Made by a program: the position numbers and the translations under genes. Below the pieces are notes generated by a model. That model made no database searches. It worked only from the letters and a program-made list of their open reading frames with translations, and was not told where the DNA came from. Below are positions 1-11,397 of a DNA stretch of 56,360 bases, one piece after another; the stretch's first letter is position 1; each line of letters starts with the position of its first letter. Source of the stretch: an uncultured Nitrososphaeraceae archaeon (GTDB lineage Archaea; Thermoproteota; Nitrososphaeria; Nitrososphaerales; Nitrososphaeraceae); NCBI GenBank assembly GCA_963765895.1, contig CAVXZB010000013.1:1-56360 (forward strand), written 5' to 3'.

Positions 1-2
1 AT

Positions 3-485
3 TTAGGACTGTAAGTTACATCCAAAAACACCTGGTTGAGGAGGAATGGTGCATTGTAGATGTTTGCCATTGTTCGTAGTCCGCCGCTTACCTACGTTAA
101 CTCCTCCTGAAATTGCAGGATCTGCTACTGTAAATGTTAGTTGTGTTATATCTGTCTCGTCGTGTACGTTACATGTTACGTCGTGATTTCCATTTGTTCC
201 ACTGCAAGAATCAAATGTTAAATATATCCACGGTCCTGGTGTAGGTCCAGGAGGTCCCTGTGGTCCCTGCTTGTCATGTTGCCCTGGCTGGTTAAATGAG
301 CCAGCCGTAATTGTCATCCCTTTTATCGGATCATTGTTGGCTCCTTCCCAGACATTAGTATAAGATAACGACAGAGTAGTCGCTAGTGCAGTTAATATAA
401 TTATGAGTGATGAAGTTTGAATTAGGGGTTTATACATACTCGTACATAGGGATAGACTGTTCAATTTTTCTGCAATGCTTTTCAC
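3..485 (-). CDS. Secreted or membrane-anchored hypothetical protein with a short collagen-like (G-X-Y) linker
   Basis: Hydrophobic N-terminal segment (SSLIIILTALATTLSLS), GQHDKQGPQGPPGPTPGP stretch, Cys-containing C-terminal domain; stop TAA at 3-5. Confidence 0.55.
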   Translation of the reverse strand: MKSIAEKLNSLSLCTSMYKPLIQTSSLIIILTALATTLSLSYTNVWEGANNDPIKGMTITAGSFNQPGQHDKQGPQGPPGPTPGPWIYLTFDSCSGTNGNHDVTCNVHDETDITQLTFTVADPAISGGVNVGKRRTTNNGKHLQCTIPPQPGVFGCNLQS

Positions 486-576
486 TAAACTATAAGAAAC
501 TAGAAGACATAGCGTCTACTCGCGATAGACGTAACTGCTTGATTTTTAAGAGTTAATGAGTAGTACTTGATGAATC

Positions 577-1038
577 ATGAACAAACAGAAAAACAATGGT
601 AGCATACTAAGAGAACCAATTGTCAAATTTTTCAGAGGAACAAATTTTGGCTTTTTAAGTACTTTAAACAAAGACGGTTCGCCACAAGTTACACCTACGT
701 GGATAGATATAGAGGAAGGTAATAAAGAGGAAGTAATTCTGATAAATACTGCCAAGGATCGTTTAAAGCAAAAGAATGTATCCAGAGATCCAAGGGTATC
801 ACTTTCAATAGTAGATGAAGATAACCCATACAGTATGGTAACTATTAAGGGAAGAGTAGTTGAACAGACAACTGAAGGAGCTGATCAACACATTGATAAG
901 CTTGCAAAGAGATATCTCAATACAGCAACGTATCCTGCTCATTCACCCAGCGTAAAGAGGATTATTCTTAAAATAAAGCCAGAAAAGATATTCTATCTGC
1001 CACCAAGATACACAGAATATTTGCAAAAAACCGACTAG
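577..1038 (+). CDS. PPOX-class (pyridoxamine 5'-phosphate oxidase-like) F420-dependent oxidoreductase
   Basis: LSTLNKDGSPQVTPTW, K-x-KNVSRDPRVSLSI and HIDKLAKRY motifs typical of the Rv1155-like split-barrel family. Confidence 0.88.
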   Translation: MNKQKNNGSILREPIVKFFRGTNFGFLSTLNKDGSPQVTPTWIDIEEGNKEEVILINTAKDRLKQKNVSRDPRVSLSIVDEDNPYSMVTIKGRVVEQTTEGADQHIDKLAKRYLNTATYPAHSPSVKRIILKIKPEKIFYLPPRYTEYLQKTD

Positions 1039-1816
1039 AGAAAAAACGTAGATGTTTTGAACACAAGTCCTGTTACCGTATTATGCCAAACATGCGCCAG
1101 GTATAACAAAGTCAGGAAAGCCAGGGATCACGACGATCAAAGGTTCCTAGGCCGATCCTAGTATAGTGGATGAGTACTCCGTGATTGTACGCATAATGAT
1201 CTTCACATGCTTGTCGATGTCGTTTTGGATGATAGTAGATTTCATATTCCATATCTCTTTTCTTTCATTTCATTCTCTCTATGTATTATGATTCTTGACT
1301 GATAATCAGCCATTAATTGAGGCGTCACCCTTACGGCTTAAAATGTAGTCGTGTTACGAGATAGATCTTATCCATAATACCTACCTATTTGGTGCGCGCC
1401 TCATAATCAGTATACCTACACGTAGCATGCAGCATTTTTGATAATATTTATAATCTGGCATCTCCCATATCTGTATTATAACGTTAGTTTCAGGATAATT
1501 ACGCCGGACGTGTTAAAAATTCGATATCGTCCGATGTGTTAAACTTATTGCATGATTAAATATGCTGATTCGCATCGACTAATTGCTACTATCTATAGAT
1601 ATCATCGATTTGTAGAGCCGATAATTTTGTTTATGACTAATCAAGTTCACTTCAAGTCATGAAAGTGTTACCTATTTATAGAATAATTTATTGATGAGTA
1701 ATTTAGGGGCATTTAATAACTCTGATTTATGCGCCGCTAAATATTCCCATTAGCTTTCCCGATGAATTAACCCACAAGATCATAGATTTAGCAGAACACA
1801 ATCTGGGCCAACAAAA

Positions 1817-2080
1817 TTGAAAGTAAAGCTGGATTATGGTAATACTACAATCAATTACTCTGTAGTAAAGACCAAACGTAGAAAGACTTCTGAAATTATT
1901 GTTGATAAAGACATAGTTGAGATAAGGGCCCCTTTTAATAAATCAGACCTAGAAATACGAAATATTATTACTGCTAATGCTAATATTTGTGTTGACACGC
2001 TAGATTGTATCAAATACATAAAGTCAGCGTATGAGAAGATGAGAACTTCAAGCGAATCAAGAATTAAATCATTTGGTTAG
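1817..2080 (+). pseudogene. N-terminal fragment of a YgjP/DUF45 (M48-like) metalloprotease-family protein
   Basis: INYSVVKTKRRKTSEIIVDKDIVEIRAP resembles the DUF45 N-terminus; similarity is lost after about 50 aa and there is no HExxH. Confidence 0.6.
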
Positions 2081-2448
2081 GAACTTGATCTTTCAAGAAG
2101 TTAACTATTTTAGAAAGCACGTACAATCGTGTGTGCAATTAGCTGGAGTACGGAAGATCTCTTCAATGTACATTTGTTACATACTGCAAGTTTATGATCT
2201 TGTATCCAATTTGAGTAAATGTCCAAATTCTAGTCACTCAGACATCGTATTGTAACCCTATTTCTGTGATAATCAAGACGGCGTTAAAAAATCCAATGTT
2301 GGCCAATTTGTTAAATGTACTTAAGTATTAACAGAACCGAATATGTTGGCGCCCATGGACAAGAGGATTAGCGCCATTACTAAGATAACGAAGCAATTGG
2401 GTCATACCCAGACAGGTATAGTTCACTAATGGTATTTGAGAATAGAAT

Positions 2449-2478
2449 ATTATTCGATTTGCTTTAATCGAATAATTT
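2449..2478. repeat. Palindromic site ATTATTCGAT-N8-ATCGAATAAT (copy 1)
   Basis: 2449-2458 ATTATTCGAT, spacer TTGCTTTA, 2467-2476 ATCGAATAAT; perfect 10-bp arms. Confidence 0.85.
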
Positions 2479-2483
2479 GTAGA

Positions 2484-4339
2484 CTATTCTTGTTTATTTT
2501 GTATAGGTTCTATATTGATATCTAGAGTTTGTTGTGATTTATCCTTGTTTATCGTATTCAAAGAATATTCGGCTATGACTCCATGTATTTCATTATTTTT
2601 TACTTCTAGTGGTTTAGCCAACTCTATAGAAGTATTAGAGATAGCAATGGCTGTGGTTGTGGTTTTCTCCAAGGCCGAAGTCGGGGAGGTCTCAAAATAA
2701 TTGCCAGGATCCGCATAGTACCTGATCGACTAATTGCTCAGCAGTTATCTCCTTGTCTTCATGATTTTCTAATTTTGATATTTTATGTATCTCAGACGAA
2801 TGTCTCAACACCTCCTGAATTTTAGATATTAGATAATTTCCATCTGGAAATATTGTAGAATCTACAATACCAATTGTGTTTCGTTGTGATAAATTATTAG
2901 ATTGTGTCCCATCGAATAATTTCTTCTGTTTTATATTTAGTACTGGATAAAAGAGATAAGAGCGCCTGTCTTCTTTATTTTCTACTTTGTCTAGATATCC
3001 TGCGTTAATAAGAGGCTCTATGTAATTTTCGAGAATTTGCTTTGATGATAATCTACGTCGTTTGGTTTGAAATGTGGCATCTGCTAACTGGCGACTTGTT
3101 AAACCTGTACTTCCTTCATTGTCTAAGCCGCATTATTTATTTCATTAAACCTGTTTAGAAATACTTCATTGTACCACTCCAACACATATGGTCTGACCCC
3201 ATTGCTATATTCCATAAGGTATATTGACTCTTGAAGGTCTTCGAAGGTTGCAAATGGACATATCTTTAATATAGGATCACCATCACGCCGAGTAACAAGT
3301 CTGGGTCGCTTGTCAATATTTACTATGGGTAACAATGTTATGTAGTTATAAAGTCTTTGGGCAGTTGTCATATCAGAAGCTTTATCGGTAGGCAGTGATT
3401 TTTCTATAGATTCTCTAAATGGTATGAATACATTAGGAGAGCCATTGCTATTTACGCTCTGAAATTGACAGTATTTTTGCTTTCAACTCTTTTATCGTTA
3501 CTTTTGCTTGATTCTTTTCATTTTCAGAAACTACTGTTGCATCGTATACAAAATCGGGTAAACCATTCTTGGCCCCCATAAGCTCTATGGACTCTGTATT
3601 TTTCTGGTGTCATCTTGGGATTGGTTACTATAAATCTCCTTTGAATTTCTGGCCAGCGTTGATACTTGCTGTAATCTACAGCGGCTGTGAAGATCACAGT
3701 TGGAAATCCTCTTAACACATTGATTTTTGTTTTTATGCCGTTCAAGTTATCTACAAAATGATACTCCACTTCATAATTGTCGTGACTAAGAAGAGACATT
3801 ATTGCCTCTAGTAGCGTATGATTTGGTGTGTCCAAAAAGATTAATGCCTTGTGATCTAAATCAATTAACTTCATTGCCCCTCTTGTTAGCTCTCTCTTTT
3901 CGTCTTCTAAGCACTTAATTTGACTTTTCAGACCTTTCTTTAAATTTGTATCACTTGTAGTGTAAACTTCACTTGCTTTATCTTCAATTTCTGAATCAAT
4001 TTCCGCTATCTTATCCTCTACAGGTTGATATTCTCCATTTTCATTTTTTATAACAAGTACACCAGGTCTGTGAAATAATGCCTTATCAGACATTGCACTT
4101 AGAAATAAAACATCTGATTGCGGAAATAGCTCTGCTACTTTTTTTACCGGGTAGGACTTGCCCTCACCCGTAGGGGCATTTATAGCCAGATTAATAGGAT
4201 TTTTCGTATACATACTCAGAAGTGTATAGTAGACTTGTCTGCATAGCCTATCATCTTGTTTTACTTCTTTTGCTATAACATCAAGTGGGGAGTTAATACT
4301 AGCAGATGATTGCTTATCATCTTCTGATGTTATTGCCAT
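2484..4339 (-). CDS. Large P-loop NTPase with C-terminal winged helix, putative replication helicase/initiator of an integrated element; split by about four frameshifts
   Basis: Walker A (NAPTGEGKS) and Walker-B-like LIFLD. Manual translation joins 3524-4339, an intervening frame (ESIELMGAKNGLPDFVYD...), 3123-3371, an untracked frame (GLTSRQLADATFQTK...ILENYIEPLINAGYLDK, wHTH-like) and 2484-2672, via shifts near 3595, 3450, 3122 and 2720. Confidence 0.65.
2891..2922. repeat. Palindromic site, copy 2, inside the NTPase gene
   Basis: AAATTATTAGAT-TGTGTCCC-ATCGAATAATTT: 12-bp arms with one mismatch, 8-bp spacer; right arm identical to 2467-2478. Confidence 0.85.
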
Positions 4340-4345
4340 CTTCTT

Positions 4346-4606
4346 TCAAACCTCATCCATAACTAGCCTAAGTTGAAAGCTCTTCAGAGTATGCTTATTC
4401 GCGCAATCAACCGCATTTTGGAGATCATTTGTACACTCCAGTTCTAAATTAACTTGGTCTAATGCAGTTGACTTTTTAATTTGAGCTATCTTGTGGAAAC
4501 CCTTATTTTCAAGATCAGATAATATATCAGTGATAGTCATTTTTGGTATACACCAAAGATGATGATCGTGTGTGTTAGAAACTGGTCGCTCAACCCCTTC
4601 TAACAC
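4346..4606 (-). CDS. Hypothetical protein in the element operon
   Basis: Overlaps the upstream ORF and ends 6 bp before the NTPase start. Confidence 0.55.
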   Translation of the reverse strand: MLEGVERPVSNTHDHHLWCIPKMTITDILSDLENKGFHKIAQIKKSTALDQVNLELECTNDLQNAVDCANKHTLKSFQLRLVMDEV

Positions 4607-4793
4607 CAGCCTTTTGCTCTGACTTGTCTGAATTGTGCTCAGCTTTGAACCGCCTTATCATGGCTTCGCACTGCTTACAGCGACGCACATTTTCATCGTC
4701 TGCCGTTATGAATGCCTTTGTCAACTTCGAAATTTGTCTCTCATGACGCGCGCACTTTGAACATTTGCCTTCAAATGGCTTGATTTTCAGCAT
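4590..4793 (-). CDS. Small Zn-finger-like protein
   Basis: CSKC...CKQC; coupled to both neighbours. Confidence 0.55.
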   Translation of the reverse strand: MLKIKPFEGKCSKCARHERQISKLTKAFITADDENVRRCKQCEAMIRRFKAEHNSDKSEQKAGVRRG

Positions 4794-4942
4794 GTCTGTG
4801 TAACCTCCTGGAATTTAGAGACGCAACTGGTGCAAAGCAATAAAGAAATTACGCCTAGTGTTCCCACTTTTACTGCGATTGTATCAGTAGCTTTTGCATG
4901 ACATCCTGAGGCCTCGCATATAGTGTCTTGATCCTTGTTCAT
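4787..4942 (-). CDS. 51-aa Cys-rich protein absent from the ORF track
   Basis: MNKDQDTICEASGCHAKATDTIAVKVGTLGVISLLLCTSCVSKFQEVTQTC*; CxxxxC...CxxC; overlaps the next start (ATGCTGA). Confidence 0.7.
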   Translation of the reverse strand: MNKDQDTICEASGCHAKATDTIAVKVGTLGVISLLLCTSCVSKFQEVTQTC

Positions 4943-4959
4943 ATCGAGTTCGTAGTGGT

Positions 4960-5142
4960 TCAATTCGCTGCCCTCGCCGGGACTCTTCCCAGCAAATAAC
5001 CTGACTGCGTAAGTGCCAGCGTAAGCAACTGTTCAACTGCTAAGTTCACAGAAATGTCATTAACAGTTGCGAAGTCTTTCACCTTTCCCCATACTTGAGG
5101 GGAGATTTGGATTAAAGTTCTTATCATTAAATTTCTTACCAT
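4960..5142 (-). CDS. Ribbon-helix-helix (Arc/CopG-like) DNA-binding protein
   Basis: TLIQIS strand, PQVWGKVKDFA helix, DISVNLAVEQLL helix; first gene of the operon. Confidence 0.6.
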   Translation of the reverse strand: MVRNLMIRTLIQISPQVWGKVKDFATVNDISVNLAVEQLLTLALTQSGYLLGRVPARAAN

Positions 5143-5160
5143 TCTAAAAAATTTAAATAT

Positions 5161-6816
5161 ATGGCTTTTATATGTCCAAGTATAAACACCATATATTTAG
5201 ATGAGCCAAAGTGGTACAGCCGGAGCAAACCACAATTACAGATAGATATTCTGGCATGTCTGGCAGGCTTTGGAAAATTGTCAAAAAGTAAATTACAGTC
5301 TCACATGCCAAAGCGTCACTATAACGATGTATCTCGTGCTATTGACAGCTTACTAGCTCACGAATATATTTCGAAAGCTAATTGGAAGTACGGCCGCGGA
5401 AGGCCAGAAAAGTTTTACAGTATTAGCGATAAAGGGCTCCGTTTATTGTTAACCGACGATCCAGTCCCGGAAAAGTTCTGGAGAATAATGATAGGGTTTT
5501 GCCATCACAGCGAACGTTCTATTGATAGGGTATATGTAGAAGATCTATTTGGACTAATGCTTAAGCATTTCCTAAATTATTCCAGCGAGCGAGGTTACGT
5601 TTTCCATCCAGATTTATTTAACGATGTCGAGGAATTTTGGCTCGCGAACTATATCCTAAGAGATAGCGAGATTGGATTGGACCAGAAGGTTCTGGAGATC
5701 TTATCACTATATCCACAGATCACAAATGATAAACTCCTGAAGTTGGCCAATGAAAAAGATGTCGAGTCATTAAGGGATATCATTTCGATGTATTCGCCTG
5801 TTTTACATAAGCCTATGATTGTTAGCAGGAAAACTTATCCTCGTGATGGTTAATCAAACAGCGAAACATCGCATGCCCCAAATTTATTACTGCACAATAC
5901 GATAATAGTGAGGCAAGATGCGAAAGGCGTAGTCAAATATGAATTATCGCTATTCGGTATAATGTTAGCGCTTAGACTCATTCGCTACGATCAGGCTGGT
6001 AAACTACGTCATGGATTGTATTATAACTCGATTTCGTCAGCGGCCTATTTCGAGAAAATAGCTGACAATTACAAGCAAAGACTACCTTTAGTTTTTGGGA
6101 AGCGGCATTTGCTTAAGAGAGTTTTGGGAACTTCTATGATAGACAATTTTGACATAATACTAGATAGAAAAATGCGGGCTAAACAGTTAGAAGCATCGAT
6201 CTTTCAAGGAGGTAACAAGGAATTTTATGAAAGTATCGATAGCATAATCAAGAATACAAGAAATGAAATGATCAAAATTCAATCTGTAGGATTGGAGCGA
6301 ATATTTAATTATCGAGCTGGAAATATCTATTCTAACCCCAAAATGGCTAAACTGCAACCTCTAATGTACAAACTACTTGACATTTCTGCATTGTTATCAC
6401 CCTTCGACTATGATCCTACCTCATATGTTGAAGTCATGAATATGACCATTAAGGGTCCGACACCACCTATCAACACAGCAACATTACAAGCAGTTGCTAA
6501 AGAATATAGAATAGAGACTATCGAGAATGCCTTTGCTGATACAATATCCTTATATTATTTTCTAAATTTGTTATCAGATCGCGACGCCTTAAATCGATTT
6601 CTAAAATGTGATGATACTAGAACAATATCCGACGGCTTCAGCCCCCAGACTGATAATTATTATCCCCTTTCTAGCAAACAGATCGCTAATTTAATATTCA
6701 GCCAAGACAAGGACATTGGAATATGGCTTTCTAATTGGGTGAAAGATCTGTTAAAACATGAACATAATAAGACTATGGTAATGGAAAAGATCCGAGATGA
6801 GATAGGTCTTAACTGA
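5161..6816 (+). pseudogene. Large winged-helix regulator-like protein interrupted by one in-frame TAA (5851-5853)
   Basis: N-terminal wHTH (LSKSKLQSHM..YNDVSRAIDSL..GRGRPEKFYSISDKG). ORFs 5161-5853 and 5908-6816 share a frame and the gap reads SNSETSHAPNLLLHNTII. Start position uncertain. Confidence 0.6.
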
Positions 6817-7660
6817 ACAAGAATTACCACTGTTGTAATGTTGAAACAATTAACCCCAGATTTCTAGTCATCTAAACAACCATATAGTATTCAATAACAT
6901 ACGGTGATGATCTGACTATATTCTACAACTAAATGTAGCATAATAATTTGCCTAGCATATAATACTACTTGAAAATATAGAAGGTTCACAATCGTGTCAA
7001 TAATATGTGGCTAGATGGTTCCCCTTATTCTCATCCGATCTCACTGTACATCCCTTCTGCTTCATATCAATTTTGTGTTGAATCGTTGCTTTTATATTGT
7101 TTCCTGCTAATTGTAACAATCCCCCTTTTGTGTTAGTTACGGATTATTATAAGTCAATGTACCCCTTGAGATATGGAGTCCTACCCACACTAAGTGCTAT
7201 GACTGGTTAGTTTAATTCCATTCTTTACGTAAACCAATCAGATAACGGGGCCCCTAGAATGGTAATAACACTATACGATCGAGACTGGTCGTCACAGATA
7301 TTTGTTATGAATAATACCCGTACGCTGTGAAGACAAAAAATGAGAGGTAAAGACGTGTACGTCTAACATTAAGGTAATTCGAATCCTATCGGGAAAAGAA
7401 TGACTGCCGGATTCAAAATACGGATTATCAAATCTTTATGGCACCAGCCTTATCCTGAAGTAGAAGCCTGTTTTGCCATTAACTTACAACAAATAAGTAT
7501 TACTGTGAACATTGTTTAGACCTCTACAATCAATTGTATTGCCATATGATAAGAATAAGGCAGCAGTAAGTTAATGAGATGTGATACCAATGATGTCAAC
7601 CTTAAGTGTAATAATCACTAGCGATAAGAGTGAGATTTATGAAGTCCAAAAGTTCGACGA

Positions 7661-8122
7661 CTACCTATTGCTATTTGCCAACCCGGGATTTCTGTCCAGA
7701 TAATCAGCTATCTCGTCGAATGTAGCACCAGAATCATTCAACTCTATTAGTAATTCTTTACTAACGCCGGCCTGTCTCAATGCGACCAATGCAGCATATA
7801 ATTTTCTTTCTGCGTTAGTGATACATTTGCCATCCCAACCATAATAAGACATGATAACACCCATAACACATCTTCCGCCAAGTCCATCTGTATACTGCCT
7901 TCTAATCTGTGTAAACTGTTTTCCATATGTCCGTAATATTTGAGAAACAGATGATTCTTGGTTCGGCTGTTGACTGATTGTACTAATATCGGGTTCATGG
8001 GTATGTTGCTCGATATTCTGTATCAACTGCTTTTTATATGTCCGTAATATTTGAGAAACAGATGATTCTTGCTTTAATAATTGTTGCTGAGCCATAGATT
8101 GCCAATAAATAATCACAAACAA
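7661..8122 (-). CDS. Hypothetical protein with an internal duplication and a phage-like C-terminal motif
   Basis: QESSVSQILRTY occurs twice; C-terminal RCVMG...LNDSGATFDEIADYL recalls DUF6197-like small proteins (tentative). Confidence 0.6.
   Translation of the reverse strand: MFVIIYWQSMAQQQLLKQESSVSQILRTYKKQLIQNIEQHTHEPDISTISQQPNQESSVSQILRTYGKQFTQIRRQYTDGLGGRCVMGVIMSYYGWDGKCITNAERKLYAALVALRQAGVSKELLIELNDSGATFDEIADYLDRNPGLANSNR
7925..8071. repeat. 36-bp perfect direct repeat
   Basis: ATATGTCCGTAATATTTGAGAAACAGATGATTCTTG at 7925-7960 and 8036-8071. Confidence 0.9.
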
Positions 8123-8364
8123 ACTATTTAGGAGCTACGTTTACTAAATTTCTATAGAAATGGTGTGGACTCATTTTATACATTTGCAGGAATCTAGGGT
8201 TCACTGGGATGGAATACACTATTTATGTAATCTATTATCGCTCAGTTATGTCACATAATTATTAGTTGTCATAATCAAATAGGCAGAATTCACCCATAAG
8301 AATATCACCTAGCCCAGTTCCAGTCAGGTATTACATTAGACTAGGAATCACTTGAGGAAATACA

Positions 8365-8778
8365 TTATTCCAATGACGCACGATGATGTCCTTTTAATTC
8401 ATCTGATAAACTCTTAAATGATCTAGTCAGGTCCTTAAAGGCAATAATCAGCTCTTTTAAATTTTGATCCGACTCAGTATCCATTTTATTTTTAGCATAG
8501 AATGCCAAATTCGTTGTATTATTAATAATATTAGTTTCGTTGACCTGTATAGAGACAGCTCTGATCCTATCTCCAGCATTTTGCACTCTTTCAAAGACAG
8601 TACGCATCAATTCGATATTGTTAGCCATTTGAGGCTCTTCTATAAAATCTGTAATTTCTTGTACTATTGATGCAATTTCTTTGATCTTATGCAGGGATTT
8701 TATCATCCCCGGTGATCCAAACTCAGTGATAAGTCTCACGCTATCAGAAGATATTTCTTTAATGTCACTAAGCCTCAT
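8365..8778 (-). CDS. Hypothetical helical protein
   Basis: 137-aa ATG ORF with amphipathic helical composition; no motif recognised. Confidence 0.5.
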   Translation of the reverse strand: MRLSDIKEISSDSVRLITEFGSPGMIKSLHKIKEIASIVQEITDFIEEPQMANNIELMRTVFERVQNAGDRIRAVSIQVNETNIINNTTNLAFYAKNKMDTESDQNLKELIIAFKDLTRSFKSLSDELKGHHRASLE

Positions 8779-10771
8779 AGTGTTGGATAATAATAATATC
8801 TGGGAATAATTAAAGTTATTTTACGGCATAGAACATATCAATTAATTATTTTGCTCTATCTCTATATTAGCCTACCTCTTGCATTCAGGATTTTACTAGT
8901 TTCTCACTATAGCCTCATAATTTATGTATACTTGTTGATAAGTTTAATGTTAAGCGTTATAGGATGGCGAGCTAGAGAATACGCGACGAGGATATAATCT
9001 GGTAATTGCCGGTACTGCGATTCATATTGTGAGAATTATTTTAATGGAAATGACATTTATTATATTGAAACAACAGAATTATCAATCAATCCAGTTTCGA
9101 AACAATTTCCCTTAGTAAATATATGAAGATCTTTGAGGTCAATGCAGGTAAGAAGATGGCAATAGCCGTAAATTATTAACAACCATCTGTACCTTTAAAT
9201 ATTCTAGTTATACAATAAGCGAATGTAGCTAAGATAATAGATCTTAACTTTACTCTCAGCTTATTTACTAATTTTGTACCAAGTGCGGTATGAATAATAT
9301 TATAATACAAATTAGGTACAAAAGAAGTGAATGCAAATGTTATATTTGGTAGCATCGCGTTTTTTGATGCCTGCGGCCAGCCTAAAACGAACTCAGTGTT
9401 ATGGCAATATCTGGACAATTATTATCGTTAATTGGAATTATTGTTTTGATTATTAGAGGGATTTTTGCTAAAGGATAAAATAAGGAAGAGACAACAGGAA
9501 CAACTAGTACCGTGAATAAGGTGATATTAAATAAATTCTTTATTCCTCTTATTTATTTTTGCCCAACACATCCAGAATATTCTTCTTGTTATTCAATGCA
9601 GTAGCATCATTAAGATAAATAGCTAAAAGCCAATATTGAAGCAACTAATAGTATTGTTATATCATGCTAAGCTGATAAGAGCCGCGCATACATTACTTAA
9701 TATAGTAACATAGTCGCATACAGGTAAGGATAGAAGGCATTTTAACAGATAGTATTGTTGCTGAGTTAGATATTGTAATTAGATATCTAGAAATTATGTC
9801 GCTTAAGAAGAAAAATTCTTGAAATAGATAAATATGTGAATATCGTCATATTAATTTAACCAGGGATCAACTGAATTGTGTTTAGAATGATGTTCAATGC
9901 TAGTCAATTTTTCTACCATTTATTAGTGAACAGAGAACTTCCAAAACAAAGTAGTCGTATTTTCTCCAAAGATCCCGAAGATCACCCAGAATAAACAACT
10001 AGAACTATAAGACATTATGGAAAGCCCGTGTTATTTGCAGGAACAGAGAACTACTACCATCACATATAAATCGAAGCAGAATGAAAAGTGAATGGTCTAT
10101 CAGAGTAGCTCAATTAAATATGACTAAAATAATCTCAAGGAAATTTGCAAGTGGTTATATAGGATGTTGCCATATATTATAATCCATGCCTATACCAGTG
10201 ACGAAAGCATGTTATAATATGAATAGAGATAATCCATCTTCTGAAATTCAAGCTTCAAATTATTCGGAAGATGGAATGGTGATAAATCTATTTTCTAGGC
10301 ATAATACTCTAGAAGAGTATATGCAACTTTTAAATTCATCCAAAAATAACAATTTGGCATCCCGATGCACTGAGGTTGGATAGCTAGCCTGACTTCTGCT
10401 ATGTTCTTTATTTATTTATTTATGTCGGCCTAAAGTTTCCTTTGGATAATGGTCCGAATAATTATTAAATTAATTCCATAACGAGCTTAAATTCTGGATC
10501 TACGTCTGCTCTGCTCACGATAATCCTTATGTTTCTTCTGCTCAGATACAATATTTGAATCTATTTTTCTATAAATCTAATAATACTATGGCTCATCCCC
10601 ACTGAAGTGCCTTATTTCTTGATTGTTTTCATTTATCACAGAACGATGCCCATTAACCAGTGTAAGGATTTCTTCCTTGACTATCAAAGATTTTTATATC
10701 TTGTCTAAATATATTTGCAATAGTTCTACCAAAACGCAATGATGATTACCTCTCTGGTATGAATTTATCAT

Positions 10772-11038
10772 TTATACTTCTGAGTCGTTTGGCATTCCAG
10801 TAACATATAAACCTGAGTGTGCCTCCTTTTCTAAATGGTGTAATCTATCCATGTTTGTATCAAATCGTACCCCGCATACAAAGCATTGAAAATCAGAAGG
10901 TATTTTTGGATAATCTTGTGGTATATTTCGTTTCGTATTCTGGCTGTTATCCTTACATCCATTTTCATAGTCATCTGAAAAATAATGTCTCATTCCTATA
11001 CGACCTATCATTTGGTGTACAAGTTGACGAATTTTCAT
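10772..11038 (-). CDS. Small C2H2 zinc-finger protein
   Basis: FQCFVCGVRFDTNMDRLHHLEKEAH; start may lie downstream. Confidence 0.6.
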   Translation of the reverse strand: MKIRQLVHQMIGRIGMRHYFSDDYENGCKDNSQNTKRNIPQDYPKIPSDFQCFVCGVRFDTNMDRLHHLEKEAHSGLYVTGMPNDSEV

Positions 11039-11397
11039 TTGCTGTACAATAGATAATAGGAATTGGTATTATAAAAATATATATTGTAAGGTGAAATCTT
11101 CAATAACATGTTCGTTTCGTAAATATTACAAAATAGTTATATAATTAATAGCTAAATAAGATTAAAAACATAAGAACTTTGTGTGTGCATTATGTAAGCC
11201 ACCAGGTTTAATCTTTATAGAAATATTGAATTATCAGCTTTTCAAAAGTTTTCCGTATCAGATTTTTTCATATTGATGTTTCATTTCTGAAATAAACACT
11301 AATATAAAAAATTAGAGTATACATATCAATATTTCTATGGTCAATCTGCTATTTGGCTAATATTGATATAGTTTGGAATAAGTAAATTAAAATAATA

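Noticed and set aside
1503-1543. Imperfect direct repeat GCCGGACGTGTTAAA / GTCCGATGTGTTAAA as an att site
   Set aside because: Only two short degenerate copies; I saw no partner at the other side of the element.
7925-8071. 36-bp repeat pair as a mini CRISPR array
   Set aside because: Two copies, 75-bp gap, in frame within a gene, no cas genes.
8800-10700. Short ORFs 9176-9418 and 10186-10383
   Set aside because: No motifs; region looks like decayed AT-rich sequence.
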